A DNA stretch of 64,000 nt from Octopus vulgaris (lineage: Eukaryota): NCBI GenBank assembly GCA_951406725.2, contig OX597828.1:36704001-36768000 (forward strand), in the 5' to 3' direction. This document shows, piece after piece, positions 42,508-58,921 of the stretch. The notes beneath the pieces are model-generated. The model saw nothing but the letters and a program-made list of their open reading frames with translations, searched no databases and was not told the origin of the DNA. Both the position numbers and the translations under genes were made by a program. Every line of letters begins with the position of its first letter. Position 1 is the first letter of the stretch.

Positions 42508-43311
42508 GCTGCTGCTTCTGCTGCTGCCACCACCACTGCCACAAACGCCGTCACCCCATAACATCCCCATCAACAACAATAATAAAACAGGAACGTCGTT
42601 TACAACATTCCTAAATATAGCCAAACAATTATTCCTTTAGGTGCGGTCAAAGTAAATCCTTGGTGTGACGTCTAAGCCGCACGCTGATTGGCTAAAATAT
42701 TTCGATGGACAAAGCGGGATAAATACTAAGCAAGTTGGTGCATTCACCAAAGTATGTCTTCTAAGCAAGTGCTACTCAAAGTGGCGGTCCGAGGACCTGA
42801 CCACGAGCCATCACCAGCCAGTAAGCGGCGAGTTTCCAGAAAAGAGACAAACATTATAGAATGCTTATAAAATGCCGTATTATTTGTTTACAAAATAAAT
42901 ATAAGTAAAAAAGCAAATTGTCAACTATTATTATAGTCATTATATATATTGTTACCGGTATAAATTAATATTACTAAGAAGCGTTTCCGGTTCGTGGCAC
43001 ATTGGGTGGGAAAAATGCCGGTACGTCACATCAGAGAGTTTGAAAGCACTGATCGAAGATACTTACTGATTGGTCGAAATACAGTTAGCACTTAGTTGGT
43101 GTGACATTGAAGTCACATACCGATTAGTCAAAATACAGTTCGTAAGTGTGAGCCTGGTGAAAGGCCCATTGGAGTGGGTATTTAAGGGAGAAATTTAATT
43201 ATTTCACCACAGTTATTAATTGTGCACCACCACCACCACCACCACCACCACCACCACCACCACCACCACCACCAACACCACCACCACCACCACCACCACC
43301 ACTACTACTAT

Positions 43312-43350
<39 letters not shown>

Positions 43351-43635
43351 AACTACTACATAAACCTGATAGCGTAACGCATGAAAGTTTTAGTTTTATT
43401 ACAATAAATATATAATATTCTATTTCATATTGTAAAAATTGTAGATAATTTGACAAGATTGGAATTTTAATGATAAATATAATCTTCTATACAGTCATAC
43501 AAACCCGGATATGTATGTATGTGTGAGTATGCGTGTATGAATGTGAATATGTGTGCACATTTATAAACGTATATATTTACAGTAAGCCTTCAATCATTTA
43601 TAGACCATTTTCATTTTTGTGTCTTCTTTCAGGCG

Positions 43636-46600
43636 ATGGCATTCAACCCCAAAGAATATCTTTCCAAAAACTGGATCCACTTGCTGGTCTGAGTTGAAAT
43701 GTTTTTTTCATTTTCTTTCTCCTTTGACTTTTTCTCCTCTTCCTATCTTTCATTTTATCCTCTCTCTTTCTTTCTGTTCACAGTTGGCTCGCTGGATGGC
43801 TTGTTATTTTTCCCGTATTCAAGACAAACCGGGAAGAGCCACTGCAATGTCACTCAGGCAAACGGCTCTCATATCATAGCCACAAAAAGGAGTGAAGAAC
43901 ACATTGCATACTATAGTCCGTAGTCAAGAAAATGTAGTTTCAGGTTCAGTCCCATTGTGTAACAAAAAATGTTATGAATGGCTGTGAATGGAATCAGGAC
44001 AGTGTATCTCCATGAATCAAATAAAGGGTTAGGTTAGAAATTCCAATACAAGTAAGTTCAACACAAGACAACTGAAGAAGGCTGGAACATACAACAGCCA
44101 AAACGTAGTGAAAGCAACAACCAAGATGATGACACCTGATCGACTAATATAGAAACTATACTTATTCGTAATATAATGTTTTTTCGCCTATTCATATACT
44201 ATAAAAGGCAGATTTTCTCTGTCTGTGACTATGTTTGTTTTTAATACAATTGTACAATATAGAATTTCTTTAATTGGAATTTAGCTATGATTTTTCGAAG
44301 TAGATTCGATTGGGTCATGGCATATAGATTTTTTTCAATTTGGCCCCCAATCAAGCAAAACTTCGATAAAACTCAATATTTTACGATTTGCCTCTCTCAT
44401 TTCAACTGCTTTACTCTTTCTCTTACCACACTTTCTGCTACTTTCTCTTTGCAAGTATATACCACTCTAATATCCTCTTTCTACCACTCTTATTGAACAT
44501 CACACATTCTGCTACTTTCTCTTATTAACGCTTAAACCACTCCTCAAAAAAAAAAAACACAGAGAGGAAACAGAGAAAAAAATAAATACTTAACGATTTT
44601 CTCCTCACACACACATAGACACGCAAACATATACATCTACTTTCTCTTTGCAAACCACTGCTAAAAAAAGACAGAGAGGAAACAGAAAAAAATAAATACA
44701 TAATTATTTACTCCTCACACACACACATAGACACGCAAACATATACATATATGACAGTGACAAACACAAACGTTTCAAACAACTACATACAAACACTCAA
44801 ACACACACACACACACACGTGTGTTTGTTATTAGTAGAAAAGGCGCCAAACACAATTCACTTTCTCATTCGAACACATTTGAAAACACACACTAAGAATT
44901 CACTGACATATGGTGAGTATATACTATTGTTCTATATCTTATAAATTACCCACATTTACTTACCCATGCTTCATTCCCCTCTTGCCTACAAAGGGCATCC
45001 ATTCTCTTTTAACACAAAATGAAGTTTTGTAACAGCACATCCGCGAACGTTCACCAGCGAACGTTTTACACCGCCTTCCACGACTATCAAATTCTTACAA
45101 TTATGAGAACAATAACATGGCTCTTTTCAAAGCAACCTCGAATTCAATTCTTACACCATTCTACGAGGGGGTAGGAACCCCTTTACACGGCTTTATATAC
45201 ACATACAAATACATTCATTCGCCGTAAACTTATATCAATATTTGCCTGAATAATCATCATAATTCAGTGCAATCATTAACAGTACTTTCAAGCAATTCAG
45301 CCCCGAGCAACGCCGGGAAATTCTGTTAGTTAAAATTCAACTGTAATTCATTAACAGTCAGTGACCCATTTTTTGGGATAGATTTAACATTGAATGTTAA
45401 TGATATGAAGAATTTTACAATTCTGCTGTTATATACTTGATATTTATAATATACTTCAGGTATACCATTAAAATATAATGAGAAATATAATCAGGGTCTT
45501 TAGGAGTTAAGAAAATGTAAAGAATTATAATATTTATAGTTGATGGTTTAACTTTAATGGGTTTAGAAGTAAGAGCGTGTAATCAGCTGACGATTATTAT
45601 GATAGATAAACCTGGCGTTTCGTCGGTTATGACGACGAGAGTTGAAGTCGATCCGATCATCAGAACAGCATGTTCGTTAAATTAACGTGCAACTGGCTGA
45701 GTACTCCGCAAACACGTGTATCCTTAACATAGCTTTTGTTCGTCTTCACATTCTGAGTTGAAATTCCACCGAGGTCGATGTTGTTTCTCATCCTTCCGGG
45801 GTCGGAAAATAAGTACCAGACGAGTACTGAGGTCGATGTAATCGACTTGCCCGCTCTTGTTAAATTGCTAGCCTTGGGCCTAAATTTGAAATCATCATTT
45901 GTGGACATTGAGGGTGGCAAGCAGGTAGAATCGTTATTGTATCGAGGGAAATGCTAAGCGATATGTCTTTCGGCTATTAACGTTCTGAGTTCGAACATTA
46001 CTGAAGCCAACTTTGCCTTTCATCCCTTTTGAGGCCGTTAAAATAAAGCAATCAAGCCGTTAATTAGTGGAGTTAATTTTATCGACTCACTCTCTCCCCA
46101 TGTGCCAAAATTGAAAGCAATTATATGTCAATGCTGACCATCACAAGTGAAAATTATTGATAAGTTGAAAATAGGTAAGTATAATGAAAATCTCGTTTCT
46201 TTTTAAAAATCCCTAAAAGAAATTTGTTTTCAACAGATATTGGCATTTGTGGTCGTAATTTTTGGTATGGGAATTGCGCAGCTGAGAGAGTCACGGTAAG
46301 CCTTTTATTCAATGGTTTTACTACTTTAACGTGGAGGCGCAATGGCCCATTGGTTTGGGCAGCGGACTCGCGGTCGTAGGATCGCGGTTTCGATTCCAAG
46401 ACCGGGCGTTGTGTGTGTTTATTGAGCAAAAGCACGATGCTCCGGCAGGGGGTGGCGAACCCTGCTGTACTCTTTCACCACTACTTTCTCTCCCTCTTTT
46501 TTCCTATTTGTGGTGTACCTGTAATTCAAAGATCAAAGAGCCAACCTTGTCTTACTCAATGTCATACTGAATCTCTCCGAGAACTACGTTAAGGGTACAC

Positions 46601-49600
46601 GTGTTTGTGGAGTACTCGGCCACTTGCACCGGCAGTTCCGTTGATCGGATCAATTGGAACCCTCGTCGTCGTAACCAACGGAATGCCAGGTACACACACA
46701 CACCATAACAAAGCACCATTCCTTGGTGGGAAATTGGTGAAACTATAAAAACTTCGGATTAAATATTTTATAGTATTTGTTCCAGTTCTTTGAATTGTGA
46801 GACTAAAATCTTTTCACTGTCTGTTTGGATGGTAAACTGTATCTGTTACCCGGTTCGACACGACGACCACCACCGCCTGTCTTTTGGGTGCCTTGAGTGG
46901 CGTTTACTCAGTTGAAAGCATTTAGATTAGGTTTTCGGTTTGAGGAAAGGTTCGTGATTCGTTCACACCAGTCTTACGGGCTCTGACTAAAGTATAAAAT
47001 AAACAGTTATGGCAGTGAAATCCCTTGTTACTTTCTTCAAACAGACGGATGGGTACGGTGTAGAAAATCTCAAATCGTCAATCATATCGACCTTATTGCT
47101 TGTTTCAGTGTAGTCCATCATTTGTTCTATCGATCTTTAATTACGAATTAGTTAAGTTGTTACTCTTTCAGGCAAAAGGAATGCGAGTCCATTCACTATT
47201 TATTGACACCTGCATACACAAATACAAAGATATATACACGTCTTTACACAACTGTGACATGCTTCCACACAGGTTCCATCTAAATTCCATTCTCAATATA
47301 TTGATCGAAGTTACAGTAGAATATACGTGCTTAAGGCACCGAGTAGTGGAATTAGAGTCGGAACCGCATGGAAATGAGACGAACTTCTAAAACATACGGC
47401 TATGCCTTCGGTTACAATACACTTTTTGTTATATTTTTTGTAAATAATACGAAGTCGTCGTCGTGGCTGATGACAGTACAGCCTGATTGGCACCCATGAC
47501 GGTGGCTCGTTGAAAGCACCAGTCGAGCGTGGTCGATGCCAGTGCCGGCTGACTGGTGACGTGCCGGTGGCACGTATAAAGCGCCCACTACACTCTCGGA
47601 GTGGTTGGCGTTAGGAAGAGCATCCAGCTGTAGAAACCTTGCCAGATCGGATTGGAGCCTGGTGCAGCCTTCTGGCTTGGCATCCCTCGGTCAAACCGTC
47701 CAACCCATGCTAGCATGGAAAGCGGACATTAAATGACAACGACGACGACGATGATGATGGCGACGACGAGGTTTGATGTTTCAAAGGGCGGGTTGTATAT
47801 GGTTATTATAAATCTCATTGGTTGACTGATGGCTTATTTTATCGACATAATATGAGTAAAAGATGAAATGTGGAAGTCTGCAAGTAACAATATACTGCAG
47901 GGTGATTTTAAAGCTCTAAAGGAACATAACTGAATACTGCAAGGCAAGTTTATCCATAAAGGGACATAATTTTCAGAAGTGCCAACGAACGAAACTCATA
48001 GCTCTTGAGTCACCCTGTAACGTCTGCCGGTATAGCGATTTTAAATTAACTCCCATTCAGATTACACTCCTGGGTAACTTGAAATCGCTTTTAGATTACC
48101 CCGGGGGTAATTCAAAATCGATTTCAATTTAATCCCTACGATTTCAGATTATCCCCACCACAAATACCTCCCCAAATGTTCTTCACCGTGACAGCAAACA
48201 GGAGAATCATTAGTATATTCCTCCCTCCCCATCTTGCTGCCGCTCCTCCTTCTCCAACTCTGCATCCTGCTCCTCCTGCTGCTGCTTTTCCTCCTCCCTC
48301 TCCTCCCCCTTCATTCTTATCTCCTCCTCCTCATCCCCTCCCTCCTCCTCCCTTCTCCTCTTCCACTTCCTCCTCCCTTCCTCCTCATTTTTCTTGTGTA
48401 ACAAATATAATTACTAAAATGTATAATTAATAATACAAATATGTACCAAGGGAGATAATGAGTGAACCCATTAAAAGTATGTCTTGATGTTTAGAATGTG
48501 TGTGTATATGCGCGATGTACCTTTGTAAATGGAAGAGAACGTAATGTGAATCAAGGAGAAAGTCAGAGCTTTCATTTAGTTGGCGTTTTCACTTGGTTAC
48601 TTAAAGATGTAAGAAGCATTTCCAGAATGGCTACTTTTAGTGCACAAGACAAAGCTGACAATGTGGATTTGATATTTGATTATGTTGTTAACAAGAAACA
48701 TGGGCCTCATGTGTCCAAAAACGAAAAGTCAAATCTACGTAGTCTCTCTAAGCATTATGTTTCACGGAATGGTCAACTCTACTATTGACACAGAGCAGAG
48801 AGAGTAAGAAATTCTGAAAATGAATTCCGAGGAGTCTTGGTCATTCGCAGTCCGGGTGAACAGAAGAGTATTAGTTCAAGTATTCACATGGGCTGTGGAG
48901 GTAGTGATACTGTCCGTTGCTTGAGAAGTCATCGAGAGAACAAGGGCTAAATTTTTAGAGAGGTTTCATTGGGAAAATGTGGGCAAAGACACGAAAGAGT
49001 TCGGTTTGTCTTGTGATTGGTGTCAAAAAGGGAACCCTGTTCACAAAATTAATGTTTGAGAGATTCATCTTGTTCCTCTGCCAAAAGAACTGATGGCCGA
49101 AATTGGTGTCGATATTAGCAATTTACCGAAAACAGAAGCTGATTATAGTTGCATTGTTGTAGCAATGGGTTACTTTTCCAAATTGTCTGAGGTTCGACCT
49201 TTGAAAGATCACACAGCAGCAAGTGTAATAAAGTTTCTCTTTGAGATACAGCGTGATTGTATAAAAAATGAGATAAATGACCAACTACATAAACTGACAG
49301 GAACACAGCAACACATGACAAATGCTTATCACCCTCAGGCAAATAGCCTCGTTGACCGACAGAATTGCACTACAAAAGATGCCTTTATCAAATCCCTTGA
49401 GGACCGTGACAACTGGGTTGAATGCTTGCCAGCAGTTCTGTTCGCGTATCGAATAGCCAAACATTCTTCAACACATTTTACCCCGTTTCAAATTTTATAC
49501 AACAGACAAGCTACACTTCAGTTGAACTGCAGCGCAACCAAACTGCCAAAGATCGGGACAGTTTTGGAAATGATCGATCTCTATCCGGAAAAATTGATGT

Positions 49601-51145
49601 TATGACAGCTATTCGAGGCGGTATCATTTCTCGAGATGCCTCCAATATTAGAAAAGCTCAGTCCGTTCAAAAAGAACAATACGATAGAAAACACGATCAA
49701 CAACAGTTCAGTAATGGAAATAAAGTTCTGCTCAGAACTTCAGATTACCATGAGGCTCCTTGAAATGAGGTTGGAGTGGTCGGTAAATCGAAATCTTTAC
49801 ACCGGTTCTTAACAAAACGCTTGCATACTTGTTTTAAGTTCTACGTTCTTCTTGGCAGCACTAAATCTAAAGGGACATAACTATATATTACAAACAAACC
49901 TATATTTAGTTTATAAAGGGACATAACTATATATTACAAACCAAATAACTATATATTACAAACCAAATCTATTTCATCGTTCCTTCGTATCTGACAATCC
50001 GTAACTTTATAAATTTTGCAAACAATGGCTTTAGACAAGCTACAAGGTGAAACTTATTGGGAGCACAGGTGTATTCAATCAAGTCGATTCCAAAATGTTT
50101 TCAATGTCCCGTGAACAATGAAAAACAAGAGGACGTTGATACGATTTAAACTTCGACTATAAAGGGACATAACCAAATAGTGTAAGTTATTTCGTCCGAT
50201 ACTGCACTTCTTACTGCTTGCTTTTTGCTCTTGCGTCGAATGAAAGTAAAACCCTGGTACGATGACCCAGTGGGAGGCGGAGGACATGTCCGTACCAGCG
50301 CATGCGGTGGATAGCTATTAAGTGGAAGGCTGCTGGCTGATGCGTTCGCGCAAGCAGTTCTTTGTTAGGAACGGTATAAAGGAATGCTATCATCTGAAGT
50401 TCTCGATGATTCTCAGAGCTCTGCTATCGAAAACATCGATCCTTTTTTTCAGGGTCTTCAAGACGGTCCACGTTTCTGCTGCATAAAGGAGAATGTAGAA
50501 AGCCAATGCATTGTAGATGCGGAGATTCGTCTTTCGGAGAGATAGATAGGTGGCGCCAAAGGGTCTGCCAGAAGGAGTACACGACTTCGGCGGCCAGACG
50601 ACATCTGCAGTTGACCTCCAGAGACAGTTCTCCATTGTTGGGGAAAGTGAAGCCAAGGTGGATGAAGGAACTGCCAGTATGGAGAGGGAGGGTCTTATCC
50701 ATCTCCGACATGCATCAGCTTGGCTTTCGTCAAACGCACTTGCAGGCTAAGCGTTGCTGATTCTTCTCTGTATATTGTCAGTGCATCCCTGATCTGGTCG
50801 ATCAAGGTGATATTGTCCGCATCATTCCAAAGCTATATTTTAAAAAAATGTAACTACAGAATCGTTAGTAACTTTTTAGTAGAGTTAATAACCAGATAAG
50901 TGATTCAAGGCCAGGAGGGGCCAAGCAAATTATTGTCTACATCGCATTTTTACCTTTTTTTTTATAGAACGTTTACGGATACTTCTACACCGGAAGATAT
51001 TGCAAGGAAAAGGTTTCCAGGATATTTCCGAACTGAAGAAGAACAAAAGGAATTGGAGAATATATATATGAAACTTGCAGTAGTAACCGTATGTTGCAAA
51101 CCGTAAGTGTATATTATATTTGTATGTGCTTGATCACGCACGCAG

Positions 51146-51228
<83 letters not shown>

Positions 51229-54200
51229 CTCTCTCTCTCACATGCATACATACAGGTACACAAACACCGACGCATGCACGTGCACAAATAGATGAACATA
51301 AACAGATACTGATGTAATTTAAAAACAGGAAATAACAGACATGCATAGATCAATGCAAACTGTGTGAAACTGAAACTGAAAATAGGACAACGTAAGCACT
51401 TGAGCTTATGTTATGCAGCCATCAATACACGAGGCGTGTTGTAGTGGTCAGAACATTATACAATGTAATTCGTAGAAAGAATATTCCTGCAAATGCTTTC
51501 AAACACTTACATATAAATATACATAAATACATTGGTGAGGATGAATGTCAGCGTAAATGATAGGATCCAACCGAGAAGCGATGTCGCGTTGAGAATTCAG
51601 CAAACAACGACCAAGGATTAAATGTCTGGATCTAGAATGATCCATATGATTCAGAAATATAAATAATATTTCTTGTGTTTTAGAACACGGCGTTTTAGAA
51701 AAAAAGATATCGAATATAGAACTGGACGTTATAAATGACAGTTATTTATTGTATAGACCTCAAGTAATAGATATGGACTAATGAAACACGGCAACAAATT
51801 ATACGGGTGTGTCGTTGAGCCAGGAGTAGAAATCCTTTAGCTAAACACGATTTATAAACGACCATGATACGTATTTTATATGAGTTAGTGAGAGAAGGAA
51901 GGAGTCTCGTTCGGCCTTTCAAGAGTGTCGTTGGTTCTTTCCAGACTATCAAAACAGTAGTAAGTCATGAAGGATGCTGTCCTCTCAGCCTTGACGAGGC
52001 GTGAATTTACGTGACAGCGTAGATTTATTTAACAGATCGTATGGTGTTTGCTGAACACAGCAACGGATTGAGTCTACCAGTTAATAACAGAGATTATAAA
52101 TATTAGGATTATTAAAAGATTATATATGTGCTTTGCTGGATTCAATGAGACGTTCATCTTTACATAATCTAGCATCAACAGTCCGGTGTTTCTAGAAATA
52201 TAGTTATTGTTTGTTGTTTGTTGTGTTAGCTCGAGGAAAAGCTTAATCGAGTAGGCCCCTGCCGAAAGGTTTCCCAGCTGGAACAAATTTAGCCCTTTCT
52301 CCTTTCGATCTTGTATATTTCGGATAATTTATTCAAGATGTACTTCTTTTAAAATCCTAGGCTAATGAATGAGAAGCTATTTCCAAAACACGAAACAGAT
52401 ACGGGGATACATTTTAGAAAGCCACTGATAAACATAAAAGGTATAAGGACCTGTTGGGAGTCGTCAGTGTTGAAAAGTGTAGGGAATATTTTCTTTTAGG
52501 AATTCATAGATTTGCAAATTATAATATTTCAGACTTACGGCTTATACATTTTATTTTTCATAGAGCTTCTAGAGAACTTCGAAGAGGTGGACTGAAATTA
52601 AAGTGTGGCTAAAATTTCGCCAGTAGGTGATAGATACTTTGCTTTTGCCGTTGAAGATCCCTCATCGTCTCGAAGGAATATATTCAAAGAAATGACATTG
52701 TAAAATAATCCTTGACCTGTAATTCGTGGGGAGAAGGCTAGTTAATTACATCGACTCCAGTGTTTCACTGGTACTTAATTTATCGACCCCGAAGAGATCA
52801 AAGTCAGAGTCGGCCTCAGCAGAATTTGAACTCAGAACACAGCGACGGACTAAGCATTTAGCTAAGCATTTCGTGCAGCGTGCGAACGATTCTGCTTACT
52901 CTCTAATCTTAAATAAAGAGATGCCATATATTAGGTTGGCAACTAATCTTCCGCCGTCTTTTAAAATTTAAATTTTTAAAAAGTTTTGATAAAAAGTAAC
53001 AAATAATTAATCAATAATGTATTCACTCTTGTTGTTTACAACTTCTTCCCAACGTTCAACATGGTTTTCAATACCTCGTTGGTAGAAATGACCCAATTGA
53101 TCCAACCAAGCTTTCAATTCTGCATTAGTATTGAACGAAACTCCGCGCATAGCATTTAAAAGAGATGAAAAGAGGTGCAAATCCGTTGGTGCCAAATAAG
53201 TAGAGTACGGCAGGTGTGGTAGCACATTCCAGCCACGTGTTTGAACGGCTTCCTTGGTCATATTGGCGATATGAGGGCGGGCGCTGTCGTGCAGCAGAAG
53301 AACTCCATGCTGCCGATTAGGTATTTTCTCTTGAATAGCCGTGTTGAGTCATTCCATCTGTTGAACATAGAGTTCCGCGTTGACCGTTTGGTTCCGTTCA
53401 AGCAATTCGTAATGGATAATCCCTTCCCAGTCCCACCATTCGCACAATATCGTTTTACGCGGATGAAGATCTTGTTTCCCTCACGGTGTCGCTTGTTTAC
53501 CGGGGCTAAGCCATTTCTTACGTTGCTTCATATTGATGTACAGGCACCATTTTCCGTCACCAGTAACGATTCGGTAAAGAAATCGTTGCCTGTGTTCATG
53601 AGTTGAGCGGTGACGAGCAAGAAAACCAGCAGAGATTGTGGCTCGTTGATTTTTGTTGTTGCCACTTAACGCATGCGGAACCCACGCCCCATACTTCTGA
53701 ATCTTCCTCATCGAGTGAAGATGCTTCTCTATAGCAGTGTGGGAGCATTCCATTTTCCCTGCCAGTTCCCTTGTCGTTTGACGAGAATTTTCGAGCAAAA
53801 TGTGGTTTAATTGCTCATCATCGAACTCAACTGGACGGTCAGATCGAGGTGCGTCTTTGAGGGCAAAATCTTCCATTTTTGAACTAGGCATACCAATGAC
53901 AAGTGGTTCTTTCAGCTATGGCACCCTCTCTATACACAGCATAAATGTCGCGAGCAGCTTTTGCGGCCTTAGAACCTTGATTAAAAGCAAAAAGAAGGAG
54001 GTGTCGAAAATGCTCGTTTTTCTTAATTTGACATTCCATTTTAATGATCTGAAAATAAACAAAAATTAATTTAAATTAAATATAAAAAAAAAAAGCAAAA
54101 AAGAAAATAGATTCCAAAATGATTCAAAAATAGAATTCTCGAAAAAAAAAAGCTTCTAAAATTTAAAAACCCAATAAATTCCAAAATTCAAAAAACGGTG

Positions 54201-55122
54201 GCAACTTAGTTGCCAATCCAATAACTAGGAGTATGGTTTTGGCTACACGTTATTCCAGTATTCAAACTTAAACATGATTTTGATGCTAAACATTTCAGTG
54301 CCGTACTAAACAACTCAAATGCCTAGCCTTCTTCTCTACTTTACGATCGGTAATGTGAACATCATGTCTCTTTGTTCATTGGTAATTTGATTGGAGGAAA
54401 GCTTGAGCTACTGTGAGAATTGGTTTGGCTCCAAATTGCAATATAGCATGTTTGGAGAGGAATTATTAAATTTTGAACAAACTTTTATGTAAGAGCGTCT
54501 TATTGTATTTTCAAGAGATGTTTCTTGGACAACTCCGATTCAAATGGAAGACGTCACAGGAAGTATGCGAGACATTGCACAATTCGAAGATCTGAAACAA
54601 TTTTACTATACAAGTGAGTGCCAGTGAGTATTTTTCTTGAATTCTGTTACTTTTTTTTATTTTTAGGGGGAATCGTGAATATTTCACGGAATTAATGGTA
54701 AACCCAATGGGCTATTTCTGAAAACTTTATTCCTCTGTTGTGTCTGTATGGAAAGAAAGTTGCTCATCTGCTACTCATTGAAAAGTGAAAGAAATTGGGA
54801 TGCAATGAGTACTTGATGCATTTTATGCAGAATACGCGCTCTCTCAAAGGTGTCGACTCCCTCCTTAACACTACATACACGATTTCTTATTTTTATTTAC
54901 ATATACGCATGCACCCACTGCCACTACATGTATATAAACGTGAATTGAATTTTTTACAGACAAATAACTGGTTGTGAGATGTGCACGTGCGAGACTGAGA
55001 AACATCTCATTTCCATGGTCTGCGAAAACATCAGCGAGGGAGGTGAAGTTCAGTATTTTGTCGGAAGGTTTCCTGTTGAGCAATGCTGCGTATGTGTACC
55101 TAACAACACAAGTAATACATAA
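43636..55122 (+). CDS. Spliced gene, copy 2 of the same cystine-knot precursor. Coding exons 43636-43686, 46237-46295, 50968-51102, 54516-54623, 54960-55122
   Basis: Exons and splice sites read identical to copy 1, at an offset of ~29.8 kb. Confidence 0.86.
52931..54221 (-). mobile_element. Mariner transposon, duplicated copy
   Basis: Same TIRs and transposase fragments as 23141-24429. Confidence 0.9.
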
Positions 55123-55486
55123 TGTTTTACCTCGTCTTTTCATACCTCTTCCCACTCCATCCTCTTTAAACTAAATTACTGCCTTTTTCCCTCATCCTTC
55201 ACACTTTCACCTTCTGTCACACAGTAACTTTGCTTTTCTCTTTCTTACTTTTCCTTCCTTTCCTTTAAATTTTCTTTTTATCGGGATATATTTTTATCAT
55301 TTTTTTTACTCATTCTAATCTCAATTGCATTTCTTAATCTTTAATTTAAATTTTGGCTTCTTTTATATTCTAGTTTTATTACTTGTTATTTCTTAACCTT
55401 GACATAGTCTGTATCATCCTGTTAATTTTTCAGTCGTATCTACACCATAACTTTTACTTAATGTTTTTCGAATCAAATATATACAT

Positions 55487-55532
<46 letters not shown>

Positions 55533-56532
55533 TTCTTTCCGCCATGGTCAATCGGACATGTCTCTCACTGTAAACCACTGCTTTATCAAAAGTTGCCCAA
55601 TCTGCGTTAAATGCTTATTCGTTGAAACTGCTATCCATAGACGCTTATAGATATTCACAATTAATTGAAATTTTCTTCATTCGCCTGTCTTGTCAGAACT
55701 GCTTGATGAACAGTCATGTGTAACTGCGAGTAACAGTTTGTGAAATTTTGTTTGGCCTTAATAAAATTGCATTCCACTCTACCTTTGGGCTTCGAGTACT
55801 ATTTTTTCCACCTTGTTTTGCATTTCGAGGAAATCACACCAGGACTTATTCTTTGTAAGTCTAGTATTTATTCTATCGGTGTCTTTTTGCCGACCCGCTA
55901 AGTTACGGGGGACGTACACACACACCAGCATTGGTTGCCAAGCGATGCTGGCGGTGGGGGTGGGTGGCGTTAAACACAGACACACAATCACACACACATA
56001 TATACATACATACACATATATACAACGGGCTTCTTTCACAAGGCTTTGGTCGACCCGAGGCTATAGTAGAAGACACCTCCACAAGATGCCACGGAGTGGG
56101 ACCGAACCTGGAACCATGTGGTTGGTAAGTAAGCTACATACCACACACCCACTCTTGCGCCTATGATTATATATGTATATATATACATATATGTGTATAT
56201 ATAATGTATATATACAAGGTGTATATATCTGTATTTATGTATATTAAACTTTTTCATACTTTTTCATAGTTATATATATATTTTTAAACAAATTATAAAT
56301 ATAATTTAATAATTTTTATTTTCAATTTAAATAATTTAAATTTTTCAATTTTATATTTTATATATTTTCTATATTATATTTTTTTTTAATGTTTTTGTTT
56401 TTGGTTTTTCACTGTTTGATTTGCCTATTAGGGGTTTTATCTCTAATTTAATTTATACAGATATATATCTCATTTGTATACATTTGTATATATAATGCGT
56501 GCACACACACACACACACATATATATACATAC

Positions 56533-56567
<35 letters not shown>

Positions 56568-57769
56568 TATAATGTGTGCATTACGTAGTCGGTCGATTCA
56601 GCTGAAAATATGCACACCTATGTTAAAAGTGCTGGCAAGTTTGCATGAGAACTATTTTTTTCCTCAAATGAAAGGCGTCACCTCTAGGACAAAATTCCTC
56701 ATCTTATAAAATGTGGCCCCAGTACACCCGAATGAAATCGGGTTATATTAACCAAAATGTGAAAAGGGGTCTAAATGGGGCTGGAAGGGGATTAAAATTT
56801 CAAGGAGCGGGTGTTTAGGAATTCTCTGTTACATTAAGCTAAAAAATTTGCGCCAGCCTTTTAATCGTCAATGTGTTGCCGTCCATGATAAAGAAGTTTT
56901 GAATGCTTGCCATGGTGAGTCTACTGTCGTGAGAAAGAATCACTTCAAAACTTGGTGTTTACGAATATTCTTTTACATCAAGTTCAAAATTTTACGCCAG
57001 CCGTTAAACTGTCAATACGTTGCTGTCCGTCGTTAAGAAATGCCAGCCATGGTGACTCTACTATCCTCAGATTCTATCCCTTCAAACTTTGGTTTCCAAT
57101 ATTTTATTATTTTTATTCAGCTCGCAAGTTCGTCTGTCCCTTTTAAATGTTAGCGTTTTGCTGTCTGCCTTGAAGCAGACCTTTCCGTTGCCACTGCCTG
57201 ATATTTATGATTGATCTTTCTAAATATTTTATTTCTCAACTTACTCAAGCTCTTCTGTTGTTTATAAATGGGAGAGAGATAGATAAAGATAGAGAGTAAG
57301 AGAAAGCGAGGGAGAGTCCGAGAGAAAAGAAAAGTAAGAGAGTGGGAAAGTGAGAGAGAAAGGAGAGAGAAACAAAGAAGGAGAATCATCATCATCATCA
57401 TCGTTTAACGTCACGTCCGTTTTCCGTGCTAGCACGGGTTGGAGAGTGTGACCGGGGTCTGGGAAGCCAGCCAGGAGGCTGCACCAGGCTCCAGTCTGAT
57501 CTGGCAGTGTTTCTACAGGTGGATGCCCTTCCTAACGCCAACAACTCTGTGAGTGTAGTGGGTGCTTTTTTCGTGCCGCCGGAAAGGGGCCAGGTGGGCT
57601 CGCTGCGGCAACGATCGGTTGGTGCTTTTTACGTGCCACCGGCACAGAAGCAAGTCAAGGCGTCGCTGCAATCGGCCACGTTAAGATGGTGGTTTTTACG
57701 TGCTGAAAGGAAGGAACAGAAAGAAACAACCACACTCTTACCCGCGCGTAGAGCGGGTCACCTTCAGCT

Positions 57770-57822
<53 letters not shown>

Positions 57823-58583
57823 CGTGTGTGTGTGCGTGTGTGTGTGTGTGTGTAGTGTATCTTGCATGCATGAAGTGGATTCGATCTACCGTGGCCAAAT
57901 TTTAATTAACACATCAACAGAACTTTTTCCTCAGTGGAACAATGATTTTTGTCTGATAGCAGTTTTACATTTTCCAGAATGCCCTTAGCTACGCTAAAAT
58001 AATGTTTTCATCACTTGACCCTATCTAACATTTTCTACTTTACCAAAAGCTAGGATAGAGATAACAAGACCATCAACTAAATCTTTTGTTCTCAATGATA
58101 TATCTATACTTCTGGATACTTGTAAAAGCAAGAACACTCCAAGCAAAAATCAGTAGGTGACGACTCAACGAGTGCAGTGACATAGTGACGACTCAGTCAG
58201 TTAGTCACCTTAGTGAAAAAGAAGTCTGGCTGACCAGCTAGAACATTGGTCAGAGGCAGAAATGAAGTTTTCTGTCAGCAACTGTGAGACAACGTCCCAC
58301 ACCCTACAGCTCTCATTAGCTCTAATTCTGTTCTCTTACAACATCATTCTATCAATATCTGTGGATTACTACCAATAATTTGTGTACGCCAAACCATGCA
58401 AAACATTCTACCATATCTAACTTTCTTTCGCATGCTCTCGGATGTTATAACCTGCTCGTCGAAGTATGGAATTTTTCAAAGTAACGGTGCATAAATAATG
58501 CATGAAGTTTTAAGAAAGTATTTATTTACCGTTACGTTGAAAATTTCCATACCTCGGCGGGCAGGTTATAACATATGTATGTG

Positions 58584-58648
<65 letters not shown>

Positions 58649-58877
58649 GAGTGTATTTTTACCTTGTTAACAATTAACACGGAAAAAATAAATAAAGTTT
58701 GCATTGTTTATACCATTTATTCTTTTGAATAGTATCAGTGGAAATTTCGAAACATGTGTCGAAAGTAAAAATATTTGATTACACCTGCGTTAACTCCATT
58801 TTTTATTCATATATATATATATATATATATATATGGGTATGTGTGTATGTGTATATATATACATATATATATGTATG

Positions 58878-58921
<44 letters not shown>
